Shown here: positions 53,653 through 64,000 of the stretch, in pieces | How the letters are laid out: every line of letters starts with the position of its first letter | Numbering within the stretch: position 1 is the stretch's first letter | From: an uncultured Anaerolineales bacterium | GTDB taxonomy: Bacteria > Chloroflexota > Anaerolineae > UBA1429 | NCBI GenBank assembly: GCA_964407215.1 | Contig: CAYOUT010000003.1 | Coordinates: 187,648 to 251,647, forward strand | DNA: 64,000 nt | Direction of reading: 5' to 3' | Program-made: the position numbers and the translations under genes | Notes under the pieces: generated by a model | The model's input: only the letters and a program-made list of their open reading frames with translations | Told to the model about the DNA's origin: nothing | Databases searched by the model: none

Positions 53653-54647
53653 GCCAGGCAAACGGTGCTCTTGTACATATAGCGAATCTCGGCATGTATT
53701 TCCCCATCACCCGGGGGGTTATCGTTCAGCGACACATCGGGGATATCAAAGCAGTCGATGGCCTGACGTTTGACATTCGCCGCGGTGAAACGCTGGGTCT
53801 GGTGGGCGAGAGCGGCTGCGGCAAATCGACCACTGGAAGAGCCATTTTGCAGCTGTATCGCCCCACGCAGGGAGAGGTCTTCTACGATGGGAAGGATCTC
53901 GTAAAAATGCGCGGTGAGCGCTTGCGTCAAATGCGCCGGCGCATGCAGATGATCTTCCAAGATCCTTATGCTTCTTTGAACCCGCGTATGACTGTGGGGA
54001 ATATCGTTGGCGAGCCCCTCGAGGTACACAACTTGATGCCCAGAAGGGAGCGCCGCGAGCGCGTGCAGGAGCTTTTGCGAATCGTTGGATTGAATCCATA
54101 CTTTGTAAACCGCTATCCGCACGAGTTCTCTGGCGGGCAGCGCCAGCGCATCGGTATCGCTCGCGCGTTGGCTGTAGAGCCCGAGTTCATTGTGTGCGAC
54201 GAGCCGATCTCAGCACTGGACGTCTCTATCCAGGCACAGATCATCAACCTGTTGGAGGAGTTGCAGGCGCAATTCGGCCTGACCTATCTGTTCATAGCAC
54301 ACGATCTGTCGGTGGTACGGCACATCAGCGATCGGATCGCCGTGATGTACCTCGGCAAGCTGGCCGAGCTAGCGGATCGCAAGACGCTTTACGATAACCC
54401 GCTGCATCCATACACCCAGGCACTGCTGTCGGCCGTGCCCATTCCCGATCCGGTGGTTGAAGCGAAGCGGCAGCGTATCATTCTGCAAGGCGATGTGCCG
54501 AGCCCGGCCAATCCGCCTGCCGGCTGCAATTTCCGTACTCGTTGCCCCTATGCGACGGAAATCTGTATGCAAGAGCCAAGCTGGCGTGATGTCGGAGGCA
54601 ACCACTGGGTGGCCTGTCATCACGCCCCGGTGGCGCAGCAGGTATAA
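53649..54647 (+). CDS. oppF: Oligopeptide ABC transporter ATP-binding protein
   Basis: [47 protein letters not shown]; ATGA overlap with oppD. Confidence 0.93.
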
Positions 54648-54665
54648 CAGAGACCCGATCTTTAT

Positions 54666-54695
54666 CAAAGGGGAGCGCCACAGGCGCCCCCCTTT
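54666..54695. terminator. Bidirectional terminator-like hairpin
   Basis: CAAAGGGG-A-GCGCC-ACA-GGCGC-CCCCTTTG between convergent oppF and small membrane gene. Confidence 0.65.
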
Positions 54696-54719
54696 GCTGC
54701 CGCTACCGCATCATGCTCT

Positions 54720-55067
54720 CTATGTGCGCGAACGCCACCACAGTATCAGTCCGGTCACGAGCGCCAGCAACGCGCCCGCCGAGACGCCCAATATGATTCC
54801 CTCTCGGTACGGGCGAGGGTACTCGATGATCAGGCCCGATACTCTTCCCTCGGCGGCCACCGAGAGGTTGCTGCGCAGGTGCTCGCGGAAACGCAGTGAG
54901 GGTTCCACGGACGGGAACGCATGTATCACCGCGCTCTCCAGCTCCTCCAGTTCCTTTTGAGGCGGGGCGGCTGTGATCATGGCTTCCAGATGGCGATTCA
55001 GAGAGTGCCACCTCTCTGTGAGCGGGTGCAACCGCTCGCTCGGTACGGCCGTAGACTCTTCTGTCAT
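54720..55067 (-). CDS. Small membrane protein, candidate anti-sigma factor
   Basis: 115 aa; VEPSLRFREHL segment, single C-terminal TM helix; its start overlaps the sigma stop (TGATG). Confidence 0.6.
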   Translation of the reverse strand: MTEESTAVPSERLHPLTERWHSLNRHLEAMITAAPPQKELEELESAVIHAFPSVEPSLRFREHLRSNLSVAAEGRVSGLIIEYPRPYREGIILGVSAGALLALVTGLILWWRSRT

Positions 55068-55621
55068 CAGATCGCCACCCCTTTCTTCGAGAGCTCTTTG
55101 CGCAGTGCTAGCAGCGTACGATGGTAAAGCGACTTGATGGCTCCCTCACTACGCCCCATGATCTCGCCGATTTCGGCGTTCGAAAGCCCCCTTGAGACCT
55201 TGAGCAGCAAAAGCTCCTGCCGGGCGGGGTCGAGCTTGCTAATGGCCTCCATGAGATGGCGCGCATCGTCATTCGCTTCCGCGAGCGATTCGGGGTGCTC
55301 ATCCACTCGCGTGCCGATCACTATGTCTTCTAGCGAGACTAGAGGCTTTCGACTCCGGTCGCGGTGCCAGTTCGCGACGAGATTGTGGGCGATACGGTAC
55401 AGCCAAGCCGAAAACGGCAGGCCTTTGTCCACATAGGTACCCAGATGCGACAGCGCCCGGAAAAAAGTGCGCGATGTGAGGTCCTCCGCATCATGGACAT
55501 TGCCTACACGGTGAAAGATGTAGCTGTAGATGCGATTTACATAACGCTCATAGATTTCTCCAAAGGCAGCGGGATCGTTCTTGGCAGCCGCAATCAGTGC
55601 TTTGTCATCTGGCTCGGTCAT
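55067..55621 (-). CDS. ECF RNA polymerase sigma factor
   Basis: AEDLTSRTFFRAL, FSAWLYRIAHN, LSNAEIGEIMGRSEGAIKSLYHR; start MTEPDD. Confidence 0.93.
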   Translation of the reverse strand: MTEPDDKALIAAAKNDPAAFGEIYERYVNRIYSYIFHRVGNVHDAEDLTSRTFFRALSHLGTYVDKGLPFSAWLYRIAHNLVANWHRDRSRKPLVSLEDIVIGTRVDEHPESLAEANDDARHLMEAISKLDPARQELLLLKVSRGLSNAEIGEIMGRSEGAIKSLYHRTLLALRKELSKKGVAI

Positions 55622-55650
55622 GCATACTCCCTTTTGCCACTCCATACACT

Positions 55651-55678
55651 AGAACACTTGGGTGCTATCGAAGTTGCG
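55651..55678 (-). promoter_or_regulatory. Candidate autoregulatory ECF promoter of the second sigma gene
   Basis: Minus strand CGCAACTT...TTCTAG (GCAACTT is 6/7 of sigmaE -35 GGAACTT; same AAC-N19-TCT spacing). Confidence 0.4.
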
Positions 55679-55790
55679 AACCCGCTCCCTGTGCCGCGGA
55701 AACGATCGCTTGCCGCCAGCTCTTCTCTCTCGGATGTTGGCATGAGTCTAGTAGGCGCAAGGGGGACCTGTCAAAACGGTACTATATGCT

Positions 55791-55819
55791 TTGCTCACAG
55801 CTTGGAGTTGTGGTAAACT
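55791..55819 (+). promoter_or_regulatory. Sigma70-type promoter
   Basis: TTGCTC-N17-TAAACT with extended -10 TG. Confidence 0.5.
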
Positions 55820-55851
55820 CGATAGCCAGCTGTACAAAACAAGGAGTGGCG

Positions 55852-56556
55852 ATGCGGAAACAGGCGATCCTCCTCACTCTGGCAGCCATTGCGGTTCTAC
55901 TGCCATGGGGTATGGTGCATGCTGGGCCCCTGGCGCAGGACAGCCTGGTGCAGGTTACGTCTCCCGAGGTTAGCGCCGAGGTGCGTGGCCTGGTATCGAT
56001 CAGGGGATCTGCCTCGGTGCCCGACTTTCAATTCTACAAGATCGAGTTCGGTGTGGGATCAAACCCGGACCAATGGGCCCTTATCGGCACGATGCATGAG
56101 GCCTCGGTGGTGAACGGGCAGCTCGAGGTATGGGATACCACTTTGGTGCCAGACGGTGTGTACAGCATACGGTTACACGCCGTCAGGGCGGACGGCAACT
56201 ACGAAGAGTTCCATGTGCGGCAGATCGTGGTGGCGAACTCTATGCCGACGCCCACGCCCACGGAGGAGGAGACGCCAACACCCGATGGGGTAACGACGCC
56301 AGAGGCTTCAACACCCAGCCCGGGTGAGGACGAGGTACCACCTGAGCCGCAGGCGACGGCGACCGTACAGATTATCGCCCCTTCCACAGCGTTAGCAGTC
56401 CCCACCGCAACGCCCACACTGAGCCGACCGTCGGGGCAGCAGGATCTGCCAGTGGATCCAGAGGGCTGGAAGCAGTCGCTTGTGTACGGCGCAGTGGCCA
56501 TGGGGGCGGTATTTGTCGTCTTGGGGGCCGTGTTGGGGTTGCGCCGCTTGATCTGA
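55852..56556 (+). CDS. Exported protein with Ig-like domain, Pro/Thr linker and C-terminal membrane anchor
   Basis: Signal peptide (VHA|G), ITSP-like VTSP...V.I.GSA...F.FYKIEFG...WDTT.VPDG.Y..RL, PT-rich linker, C-terminal TM plus RRLI. Confidence 0.75.
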   Translation: MRKQAILLTLAAIAVLLPWGMVHAGPLAQDSLVQVTSPEVSAEVRGLVSIRGSASVPDFQFYKIEFGVGSNPDQWALIGTMHEASVVNGQLEVWDTTLVPDGVYSIRLHAVRADGNYEEFHVRQIVVANSMPTPTPTEEETPTPDGVTTPEASTPSPGEDEVPPEPQATATVQIIAPSTALAVPTATPTLSRPSGQQDLPVDPEGWKQSLVYGAVAMGAVFVVLGAVLGLRRLI

Positions 56557-56601
56557 TGCAGCTCTATTGCAGTGTAGAGCCCGCGGGCATTCAGAACGAT
56601 T

Positions 56602-56630
56602 AGGGGCTAGTCGCTCAGATTAGCCCTTTG
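56602..56630 (+). terminator. Terminator-like hairpin
   Basis: AGGGGCTAG-N9-TTAGCCCTT-TG. Confidence 0.45.
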
Positions 56631-56702
56631 TGCTGTTGTTGAGGAGTGCATGGTATGATGAGGTTTCTGAAAGCTGCCCGGGATCGGCGGGTTGATACTG
56701 AT

Positions 56703-57284
56703 ATGATGCGCTACCTGATTGTGGGCCTGGGTAACCCTGGCATACGGTACGCTAAGACGCGTCATAATATAGGTTTTCGGTGTGTCGAGCGATTGGCTAG
56801 CGCCCATGGGATAGACGTCCGCAGGCAACGCTTTGAGTCGTTGCTTGGGGAGGGCGAGGTGCAAGGCAAGCGCGTGGTGCTGCTCGAGCCCCAGACGTTC
56901 ATGAACGATAGCGGGCGCGCAGTGGCCCCCGCAAGTAGGTGGTATAAAATCCCCCCTGAGCGGGTATTGGTGGCCCATGATGACCTGGACCTTCCGCTGG
57001 GTAGGCTGCGATTGCGACCGGGGGGAAGCAGCGGTGGGCACAAAGGGATCGAGTCGATCATCCAAGTCTTGGGCACGAACGAGTTCCCACGACTTCGCCT
57101 GGGCATTGGACGGCCCGAGCACGGCGACCCCATCGACTATGTCCTGGCACGCTTCACGGAGGGTGAGGAGCAGGCGGTGGGCGCCATCTGCGATCTCATG
57201 CTCGAAATCACACGTTGTTTCATGGAGCAGGGGATCGAGGCCGCGATGAACGCCTACAACGGGACGGTTGTTGAGATCCGCTAG
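56703..57284 (+). CDS. pth: Peptidyl-tRNA hydrolase
   Basis: LIVGLGNPG..Y..TRHNIGF, PQTFMNDSG, HDDLDLP, GGHKG, DYVL. Confidence 0.97.
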   Translation: MMRYLIVGLGNPGIRYAKTRHNIGFRCVERLASAHGIDVRRQRFESLLGEGEVQGKRVVLLEPQTFMNDSGRAVAPASRWYKIPPERVLVAHDDLDLPLGRLRLRPGGSSGGHKGIESIIQVLGTNEFPRLRLGIGRPEHGDPIDYVLARFTEGEEQAVGAICDLMLEITRCFMEQGIEAAMNAYNGTVVEIR

Positions 57285-57316
57285 CTGGCCGCCCCGCCTT
57301 CTTACAAGGTTGTACA

Positions 57317-60300
57317 GTGAAACTCAGAGGTTTGACCCAGCTTCTGCGCAGTAATACCCGCTACCAAGAAATGCTCGGCCAGCTTGGCAGCTTGGCGGAT
57401 AACAGTCCCGATGGCTCGAGCCGGGGGCTCATGGCGCTGGGTGTCCTCGAGGCGGCACGCCCCTTTGTGGTTGCCGCTTTACAGGAGGATTGGCTGGCGC
57501 CGATGCTCGTTCTGTGCAGTACGCCGGAGAGCGCCCGCCAACTGGCCGATCAAGTGCGTGTCTGGGCCGCACAACCCGATGATGTGCTCTACTTTCACGC
57601 CCCCGACGCGACATTCTACGACCGCACGTCGTGGGATCGGGAGACGATTCACTCTCGGGCCAGCGTTTTGGCCCGCCTCGTGCGGCTCAGAGATGAAGGG
57701 TCGCAGGGGGCAGGCCACGGCCTGGTGATCATCGCATCCGTTTGGTCGCTTATGGCCAAGAGCGCCCCCCCTATGGCCCTACGACGGGCTGTGCGCACAC
57801 TGCGCTTGGGAGACCTCCTGTCGCCTTATGAGCTACTGGCCCATCTGGTGCACGCTGGCTACGAGGCTGAAGTGACGGTAGAGACTCGGGGTACGTTTGG
57901 CCATCGGGGCAGCATCGTAGACGTCTACCCGCCCAATCTCCCAAGCCCGATACGCATCGATTTTTTCGGCGATCAGATCGACACGATCCGTGTCTTTGAC
58001 CCGACCACGCAACGCTCCGCTCAACAGCTGGAGCAGGTTACTGTGGTGCCGGCGAGTGAAGCCCTTCCGGAGTGGGGCAAACAAGCAGCATCGGAGCTAC
58101 GAGCTATAGGGCTCAAAGATTGCCAGGCCGCGACACGCGCACGCATGCTGGACGAAATCGATGCATTGGCCCGGGGCGAGCATTTCGCTGGCATCGAGTT
58201 CTACCTCCCCTACCTGTACCCGCGCCCCGGCACATTGCTGGATTTCCTGCCACAGGGGGCGCTCGTGGCGGTTGACGACTCGATAGGCGCAGCATCCGCT
58301 GCCTTGAGCTTGGAGAACCAAGCCCAGGGTCTGCGGGCCGATATGATCGCTCACGGGCATCTGCCAGCGGATTTCACGGTACCCTACTTGACGTGGAGCG
58401 ACCTCTATGCGCGGCTTGTGACGCGCGGAGCGATCACCTTGGGGTACGCCGAGGACGATACACCCCCTTTCTACGGCGAGAAGGGCTTTCTTCCAGCGGC
58501 GCAGTATGGGGGCCAACTGCAACACGCGCTCGAGGATGTCGTGAATCTACAGCGTGAATCGAGGCGCGTCGTCGTCGTGACGCGCCAGGCCGAGCGCCTC
58601 GCAGATTTGTTGCAGGACCTCAATGTGTATACCTCGCCTCTAGAGGAGCTGTCGACCCCTCCGGCTCTCGGCACTGTCAGCCTGGTCAATGGCATCGCCT
58701 CAGAGGGCTGGTCGTTTGATTCTTCCGATTTGGTAGTACTGACCGATGCAGAGATCTTTGGCTGGGCGCGCATTCGGAGGCGATCGACGGTGCGCCGGCG
58801 GGCTGCCTCGCCGGAGGCCCTTTTTGCCGACTTGCAGGTTGGCGACTATGTAGTTCACGTAGAATATGGCATCGGCCGCTATCACGGGATGGTGCATAAG
58901 ACTATCGGCCACTTGGAGCGCGAGTATTTGGAGCTCGAGTACGCATCGGGCGATCGCCTGTATGTGCCGATATACCAGGCGGATCGAGTCAGTCGCTATC
59001 TGGGGGCCGATGATCGAGAGCCTTATCTGCATCGGCTGGGCGGTGCCGAGTGGCGCACTGCACGCACCCGGGCAGAGCGGGCCGTGCGCGATATGGCTGT
59101 CGAACTCCTCGAACTGTACGCGGCGCGCGAGATCGCGCCTGGGTACGCGTTTTCGCCCGATGTAGCTTGGCAACGCGAGCTCGAAGCCTCTTTCCCTTAC
59201 GAAGAAACTCCGGATCAGCTTCGTGCTTTGGAGGAAGTCAAGCGCGATATGGCGCAGCCGCGGCCGATGGACCGCCTGATCTGCGGTGACGTTGGCTATG
59301 GCAAAACCGAGGTCGCGTTGAGGGCGGCCTTTAAAGCGGTCATGGATAACAAGCAGGCAGCTGTATTGGTGCCCACGACCGTTCTGGCGCAACAGCACTT
59401 TCACACGTTTCGCCGCCGTCTGAGGGCGTTTCCCGTCGCGGTGGAGATGCTCTCTCGCTTTTTGTCGCCACGCGAGCAGGATGAGGTTATAGAGGGGCTC
59501 ACGGCGGGGCGCGTCGACATCGTCATTGGCACGCACCGCCTGCTCTCCAAGGATGTGGCCTTTAAGGACCTTGGCCTGCTGATCATCGATGAAGAGCAAC
59601 GGTTTGGCGTAGGCCACAAAGAGCAGCTCAAGCAGATGCGGCGTGAGGTGGACGTGTTGACTCTGACAGCCACGCCGATACCGCGTACGCTCTACCTCGC
59701 CCTGAGCGGCGCCCGCGATATGAGCGTCATCGATACGCCGCCCGAGGATCGGTTGCCTGTACACACTGTGGTGACCGCGCACGACGAATCGCTGATTCGC
59801 AACGGTATCTTGCGCGAGATTGACCGTGGAGGGCAGGTCTACTTTGTCCACAATCGGGTGGAGGACATTTATCATGTGGCAGACCAGTTGCAGCGTCTCG
59901 TCCCCGAGGCGTCGCTCACGGTGGGCCACGGCCAGATGGACGAGGACGAGTTGGCGCAGGTGATGCTCGGTTTTGCACAAGGAGAGTACGACGTGTTGGT
60001 GTGCACCACCATCATCGAGTCGGGGCTGGACATCCCTAACGTCAATACGATCCTGATCGATAGAGCCGATACCTTTGGCCTGGCGCAGTTGTACCAGCTC
60101 CGTGGACGCGTCGGGCGCGGCACGAACAGGGCTTATGCCTATTTGTTCTATAACCCAGGGGCCCCGCTCTCCGAGGTGGCGCGTAAACGGCTGCAGACCA
60201 TTCAGGAGGCGAGCGAGCTGGGGGCTGGCTATCGCGTGGCCATGCGAGACATGGAGATACGTGGCGCAGGCGAGATCCTCGGCGCGGAACAGCACGGGCA

Positions 60301-60889
60301 TATTGTGGCGATAGGGTTCGATCTCTATCTGCGCCTACTCAAAGGGGCCGTGGAGGAGCTGCGTGCGGCGATAGGGGCGGGAGTGGGTGCGCCCTCGGTG
60401 GCTATTCAGCGCGCGCAAGAGAGGGTGGCCGCCAGCCTGACGCCGCTTGGCGTGGCTCCCAGTATCGACCTACCGCTCTCTGCCTACTTGCCGGAAGCTT
60501 TTATGCCCGATAACCAACTGCGACTGCGTTTCTATCGGCGCCTGGCGCAGATAGATAGCGATGAGATGGTGGATGAACTCGCTCAGGAGCTGCACGATCG
60601 CTTTGGCGATCTGCCCAAACCCGTGGTGAACTTGCTCTATCTGCTGCGTGTGCGAGCCTTGGCGATGCGGGCCGATGTCGAGGCGATCAGCTCGGAGGAT
60701 CAGCGCATTGCTGTCGCCCTACCGCACGCATTGCCGCCCTCTCTGGCGCGCCAACTCGAGGCAGAGCAGCCGGGAGTTCGTGCGCGCGGTACCCGAGCGT
60801 GGCTTTCCGCTAAAGAGGCCTGGCAGCCTGCGTTGGAGAACCTGTTGCGATGCCTCACAGAGCTGAGCACGGTGATCCCCCGCTCTTAA
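57317..60889 (+). CDS. mfd: Transcription-repair coupling factor
   Basis: UvrB-homology module, RID ([14 protein letters not shown]), [35 protein letters not shown] motif [16 protein letters not shown]. Confidence 0.98.
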   Translation: MKLRGLTQLLRSNTRYQEMLGQLGSLADNSPDGSSRGLMALGVLEAARPFVVAALQEDWLAPMLVLCSTPESARQLADQVRVWAAQPDDVLYFHAPDATFYDRTSWDRETIHSRASVLARLVRLRDEGSQGAGHGLVIIASVWSLMAKSAPPMALRRAVRTLRLGDLLSPYELLAHLVHAGYEAEVTVETRGTFGHRGSIVDVYPPNLPSPIRIDFFGDQIDTIRVFDPTTQRSAQQLEQVTVVPASEALPEWGKQAASELRAIGLKDCQAATRARMLDEIDALARGEHFAGIEFYLPYLYPRPGTLLDFLPQGALVAVDDSIGAASAALSLENQAQGLRADMIAHGHLPADFTVPYLTWSDLYARLVTRGAITLGYAEDDTPPFYGEKGFLPAAQYGGQLQHALEDVVNLQRESRRVVVVTRQAERLADLLQDLNVYTSPLEELSTPPALGTVSLVNGIASEGWSFDSSDLVVLTDAEIFGWARIRRRSTVRRRAASPEALFADLQVGDYVVHVEYGIGRYHGMVHKTIGHLEREYLELEYASGDRLYVPIYQADRVSRYLGADDREPYLHRLGGAEWRTARTRAERAVRDMAVELLELYAAREIAPGYAFSPDVAWQRELEASFPYEETPDQLRALEEVKRDMAQPRPMDRLICGDVGYGKTEVALRAAFKAVMDNKQAAVLVPTTVLAQQHFHTFRRRLRAFPVAVEMLSRFLSPREQDEVIEGLTAGRVDIVIGTHRLLSKDVAFKDLGLLIIDEEQRFGVGHKEQLKQMRREVDVLTLTATPIPRTLYLALSGARDMSVIDTPPEDRLPVHTVVTAHDESLIRNGILREIDRGGQVYFVHNRVEDIYHVADQLQRLVPEASLTVGHGQMDEDELAQVMLGFAQGEYDVLVCTTIIESGLDIPNVNTILIDRADTFGLAQLYQLRGRVGRGTNRAYAYLFYNPGAPLSEVARKRLQTIQEASELGAGYRVAMRDMEIRGAGEILGAEQHGHIVAIGFDLYLRLLKGAVEELRAAIGAGVGAPSVAIQRAQERVAASLTPLGVAPSIDLPLSAYLPEAFMPDNQLRLRFYRRLAQIDSDEMVDELAQELHDRFGDLPKPVVNLLYLLRVRALAMRADVEAISSEDQRIAVALPHALPPSLARQLEAEQPGVRARGTRAWLSAKEAWQPALENLLRCLTELSTVIPRS

Positions 60890-60934
60890 CAGGGCGTCTG
60901 CGGCGGGAACGCATCTCTTCGTGGTGGCTTGATG

Positions 60935-61480
60935 TCAGTCGCGTAACCCGGGGCCCGGGCGGCGGGTCAGGCCGCCGAGAATGATCAACAGGCCCATGAG
61001 AATCAACGCTATCGGCGCCAAGAGGCGCAGAATCCCTCCAAAGGCCGAGGCAAAGATCACGAAAAAGATGACCCCTATACCACCCACGATAGCTGCAGCC
61101 ACCAGCAGACCGGCAGGGCGGTTTCGCAACAGGTAGAGCAGCATCAGCCCCACTCCCACGGAAACTGGCTCCAAGGCCCACAGATAGGACCAGCTCCTCC
61201 AATTGCCCGTCAGGTTTTGGTAGCTCAGGATGAGGCCGTTCGTGATGATGATAGTGCCGGGGATCGCCAGGCCGGCGAGTTTGGCGCGATCCTCCCACCA
61301 GATGCCGATGGGCAGCAGGAACGCCGCTCCCGCGAACAGGATCAGCCAAGGCCAGACGGTTCGCCAGCCGATACGCAGCCCCAGTGGCGAGAGCAAAACC
61401 TCGCCCCATTGGGCGGCCATAAAGATGCCCCCCAACATAATGAGTAGAACCCCAGTGTAGAGTGCTCCTCTGTCTTTCAT
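60935..61480 (-). CDS. Multi-TM hypothetical membrane protein (LiaF/DUF5668-like)
   Basis: G..LI.LG, W...WP..LI repeats, six hydrophobic segments; RBS AAGGGA. Confidence 0.65.
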   Translation of the reverse strand: MKDRGALYTGVLLIMLGGIFMAAQWGEVLLSPLGLRIGWRTVWPWLILFAGAAFLLPIGIWWEDRAKLAGLAIPGTIIITNGLILSYQNLTGNWRSWSYLWALEPVSVGVGLMLLYLLRNRPAGLLVAAAIVGGIGVIFFVIFASAFGGILRLLAPIALILMGLLIILGGLTRRPGPGLRD

Positions 61481-61520
61481 GATATCCCTTTGCTAGCAGG
61501 TGTACGCCGCCTCATATCTG

Positions 61521-61549
61521 CTATACGCGGCTCGCAGTGGAGGGTAGCA
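61521..61549 (-). promoter_or_regulatory. Candidate sigmaW-like ECF promoter upstream of the LiaF-like gene
   Basis: Minus strand TGCTAC-N16-CGTATAG, parallel to 25517-25545. Confidence 0.4.
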
Positions 61550-61578
61550 GGGATTGGCGACATTTGTTTGTAGGGACG

Positions 61579-61611
61579 AAAAAAGGCCCTCACAACGCAT
61601 GTGAGGGCCTT
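61579..61611 (-). terminator. Intrinsic terminator after lon
   Basis: AAGGCCCTCACA-N5-TGTGAGGGCCTT followed by a T6 tract on the minus strand. Confidence 0.9.
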
Positions 61612-61624
61612 GTAGAGCGAACGG

Positions 61625-63997
61625 CTATTCTGTGATACGTGGAAGCGCTCTGTCGTGCACCTGATTGGAGAGGGCTACAGGCAGCACCTGATCCATCGAG
61701 TTGACGAACACGAGCTGCAGTCCTTTGCGCAGCTTCCGGGGAACATCGGACATGTCTCGCTGGTTCAGCTTGGGCAGTAACATCGTTCGCAGCCCCGCCC
61801 GCCGCGCGGCGAGAATCTTTTCGCGAAGCCCACCGATGGGCAGGACTCGCCCTCGCAGGGTGATCTCGCCCGTCATAGCAACGTCGTGATACACTGGTCG
61901 ACCGGTCAGCGCAGAGATCAGAGCGGTTGCGATGGTGATGCCAGCCGATGGGCCGTCCTTGGGCACAGCACCCTCGGGCACGTGAATGTGAATGTCGATC
62001 TTGTCGAAATCCAGATCGTCTATACCCAAGTCTTCGGCCCGGGAGCGTGTATAGCTCAGTGCAGCTTGTGCTGATTCCTGCATGATCTCGCCGAGCTGGC
62101 CGGTGAGCAGCAGGTTCCCCTTGCCGTTCATGATCGTCACTTCGATGGACAGTGTGTCACCGCCCGCTTCTGTCCAGGCGAGGCCCGTCGCCACGCCCAC
62201 TTCGTCGGTCTCTTCGGCCACGCCAAAATCATACCTCGGTGGCCCCAGATACTTGCTGAGCGACTGCTTCAGGATCGTCTTGGGCGCGGGCTTGTGTTCC
62301 GCCACCCGGCGCGCCGCCTTGCGACAGATGTTGGCGATCTCGCGGTCAAAGTTCCGCACACCTGCTTCGTGAGTATACTCGCGGATCAACGATTGCAGAG
62401 CGCCCTCTGTGAACTGGAGCGACGTGAGCCCGTTCTGCTCAAGTTGGTGTGGGATGAGGAACCTGCGTGCGATCTCGAGCTTTTCCTCCTCGACGTAGCC
62501 TGGGAATTCGATTACTTCCATACGATCCAACAAAGCTGGCGGGATAGAGTCAAGCATGTTACAGGTGGTGATGAACATCACCTTGGATAGGTCGAACGGC
62601 AGCTCCAGATAGTGATCCGAGAAAGCATAGTTCTGCTCGGGGTCCAACACCTCCAACAACGCCGATGCCGGATCTCCGCGAAAGTCCATGCCGAGCTTGT
62701 CGATTTCGTCGAGCATAAAGACCGGGTTTTTACTCCCCGCACGCCGCATAGTCTGAAGGATGCGGCCCGGAAGTGCCCCAACATAGGTGCGCCGATGGCC
62801 GCGAATCTCGGCTTCGTCCCGGATGCCGCCAAGGCTCACGCGAACGAAAGCACGCCCCAACGCCTCCGCGATGGACTTGCCCAGGGATGTCTTGCCTGTT
62901 CCTGGGGGCCCCACGAAGCACAGGATCGGGTTCTTCATCTTGTCTGCCGCCAACTGGCGCACAGCAAGATGCTCTAGAATGCGCTCCTTGGCTTTGGGCA
63001 ACCCATAGTGTGTAGCGTCCAGGATCTGTGCTGCCTCGCGGATGTCGAGCTTGTCCTCGGTGGCCTCGCTCCACGGCAGCGAGATGATCCAATCCAAGTA
63101 GGTGCGGATCACTGCCACCTCGGGCGCACTGGATGGCATACTGCTCAGCCGCGCCAGCTCTTTCTCAGCGCGTTCGGCCGTTTCTTCCGGCAGCTCCATG
63201 CCAGCGAGCTTGTCGCGCAGCTCGTTTATATCCTGTAGGTGCGGGTCGCCCTCGCCCAGCTCGTTCTGGATGGCTCGCATCTGTTCGCGCAGGAAATACT
63301 CGCGTTGGCTCTTGTCCACCTCTTGCTGCACCTGCGACTGGATACGATTTTCAAGCTCCAACACGTCCAGCTCAGATGCCAGAATGATGCTGATCTTTTG
63401 CAGGCGCTGAGTGCAGTCCGTCATCTCGAGCAGTTCCTGGCGTTTGGTGATGTCAAGATCCAAGATCGACGCTACCAAGTCCGCCAGCCAACCCGGGTCG
63501 TCAGCGTTCATCGCAGCGACATAGGCGTCGTCGGGGATGTTGCGGCTGTACTGCACCACCTTCTCAAAAAGCGCCAGCACTGCACGCATCAATGCCTCGG
63601 TAGATAAGCCCTCTTCGGAGGTCTCCCCCAATGGGGTTACCTCAGCCGCGATATGAGGCCGCATCTGCGTGTAGCGCATCACCTGTACACGACGCTGCCC
63701 TTGCACCCAGATGCTGGTTGTGCCGTCTGGCATACGCAACATCCGACCGATATACACCTCGGTGCCTGTGGTGTATAGGTCGTCCGAGCCCGGTTCCTCC
63801 ATGTCCTCGTCATGTTGGGCAATAGCGACGATACGCTGATTGCCAGCCATGGCCGCCTCAATGGACTTGACTGAGCGGTCGCGACCGACGAATAGCGGGG
63901 CCACCATGTGCGGGTAGATCACCGTATCCCGCAATGGAAGCACCGGAAACTCTTCTACATCAAAGTCCTCGGTGATGGACTCGAAATCCTCCCCCAA
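61625..63997 (-). CDS. lon: ATP-dependent protease La (5' end probably beyond the window)
   Basis: PVLPLRD N-domain, GPPGTGKTS Walker A, DEIDK, RRTYVGALPG, PKDGPSAG (catalytic Ser), IGGLREK (catalytic Lys). Confidence 0.98.
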   Translation of the reverse strand: MGEDFESITEDFDVEEFPVLPLRDTVIYPHMVAPLFVGRDRSVKSIEAAMAGNQRIVAIAQHDEDMEEPGSDDLYTTGTEVYIGRMLRMPDGTTSIWVQGQRRVQVMRYTQMRPHIAAEVTPLGETSEEGLSTEALMRAVLALFEKVVQYSRNIPDDAYVAAMNADDPGWLADLVASILDLDITKRQELLEMTDCTQRLQKISIILASELDVLELENRIQSQVQQEVDKSQREYFLREQMRAIQNELGEGDPHLQDINELRDKLAGMELPEETAERAEKELARLSSMPSSAPEVAVIRTYLDWIISLPWSEATEDKLDIREAAQILDATHYGLPKAKERILEHLAVRQLAADKMKNPILCFVGPPGTGKTSLGKSIAEALGRAFVRVSLGGIRDEAEIRGHRRTYVGALPGRILQTMRRAGSKNPVFMLDEIDKLGMDFRGDPASALLEVLDPEQNYAFSDHYLELPFDLSKVMFITTCNMLDSIPPALLDRMEVIEFPGYVEEEKLEIARRFLIPHQLEQNGLTSLQFTEGALQSLIREYTHEAGVRNFDREIANICRKAARRVAEHKPAPKTILKQSLSKYLGPPRYDFGVAEETDEVGVATGLAWTEAGGDTLSIEVTIMNGKGNLLLTGQLGEIMQESAQAALSYTRSRAEDLGIDDLDFDKIDIHIHVPEGAVPKDGPSAGITIATALISALTGRPVYHDVAMTGEITLRGRVLPIGGLREKILAARRAGLRTMLLPKLNQRDMSDVPRKLRKGLQLVFVNSMDQVLPVALSNQVHDRALPRITE

Positions 63998-64000
63998 CCA

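Noticed and set aside
58700-60301. 533-aa antisense ORF
   Set aside because: Antisense shadow of the highly conserved mfd helicase core; no independent motifs.

Overview
A ~60% GC bacterial chromosomal window. Gene content and style (ECF/anti-sigma pairs, many Pro/Thr-linker exported proteins, C39-TPR protein, RibXY-type transporter) suggest Chloroflexota/Anaerolineae; this is inference, not a database result. About 52 CDS. Housekeeping blocks are aconitase-isocitrate dehydrogenase, murJ, rpsO-pnp-lepB-lysM-oppA/D/F, pth-mfd and lon. These are interleaved with carbohydrate-scavenging genes: an EryC-like epimerase/two MDR dehydrogenases/Rpe/RhaM operon, two GH38 alpha-mannosidases, an RraA-type aldolase, an AGE epimerase, a LarA-family nickel-pincer racemase coupled to a GH20 hydrolase, DUF4867, a UROD-like protein and a PA14 protein. 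Two clear riboswitches are present. An FMN riboswitch with an unusual 11-nt insertion precedes a RibXY-like ABC transporter. A SAM-I riboswitch with an enlarged P3 precedes a plant-like cystathionine gamma-synthase and an aspartokinase. I found no tRNA, rRNA, CRISPR array, transposase or integrase. Best leads: the LarA-GH20-MFS unit, the EryC-like polyol operon, the 1047-aa GNAT fusion, a 687-aa orphan, the plant-type CGS operon, a pair of paralogous microproteins, and several unassigned structured intergenic RNAs. All family assignments come from motif recognition by eye; no searches were run.
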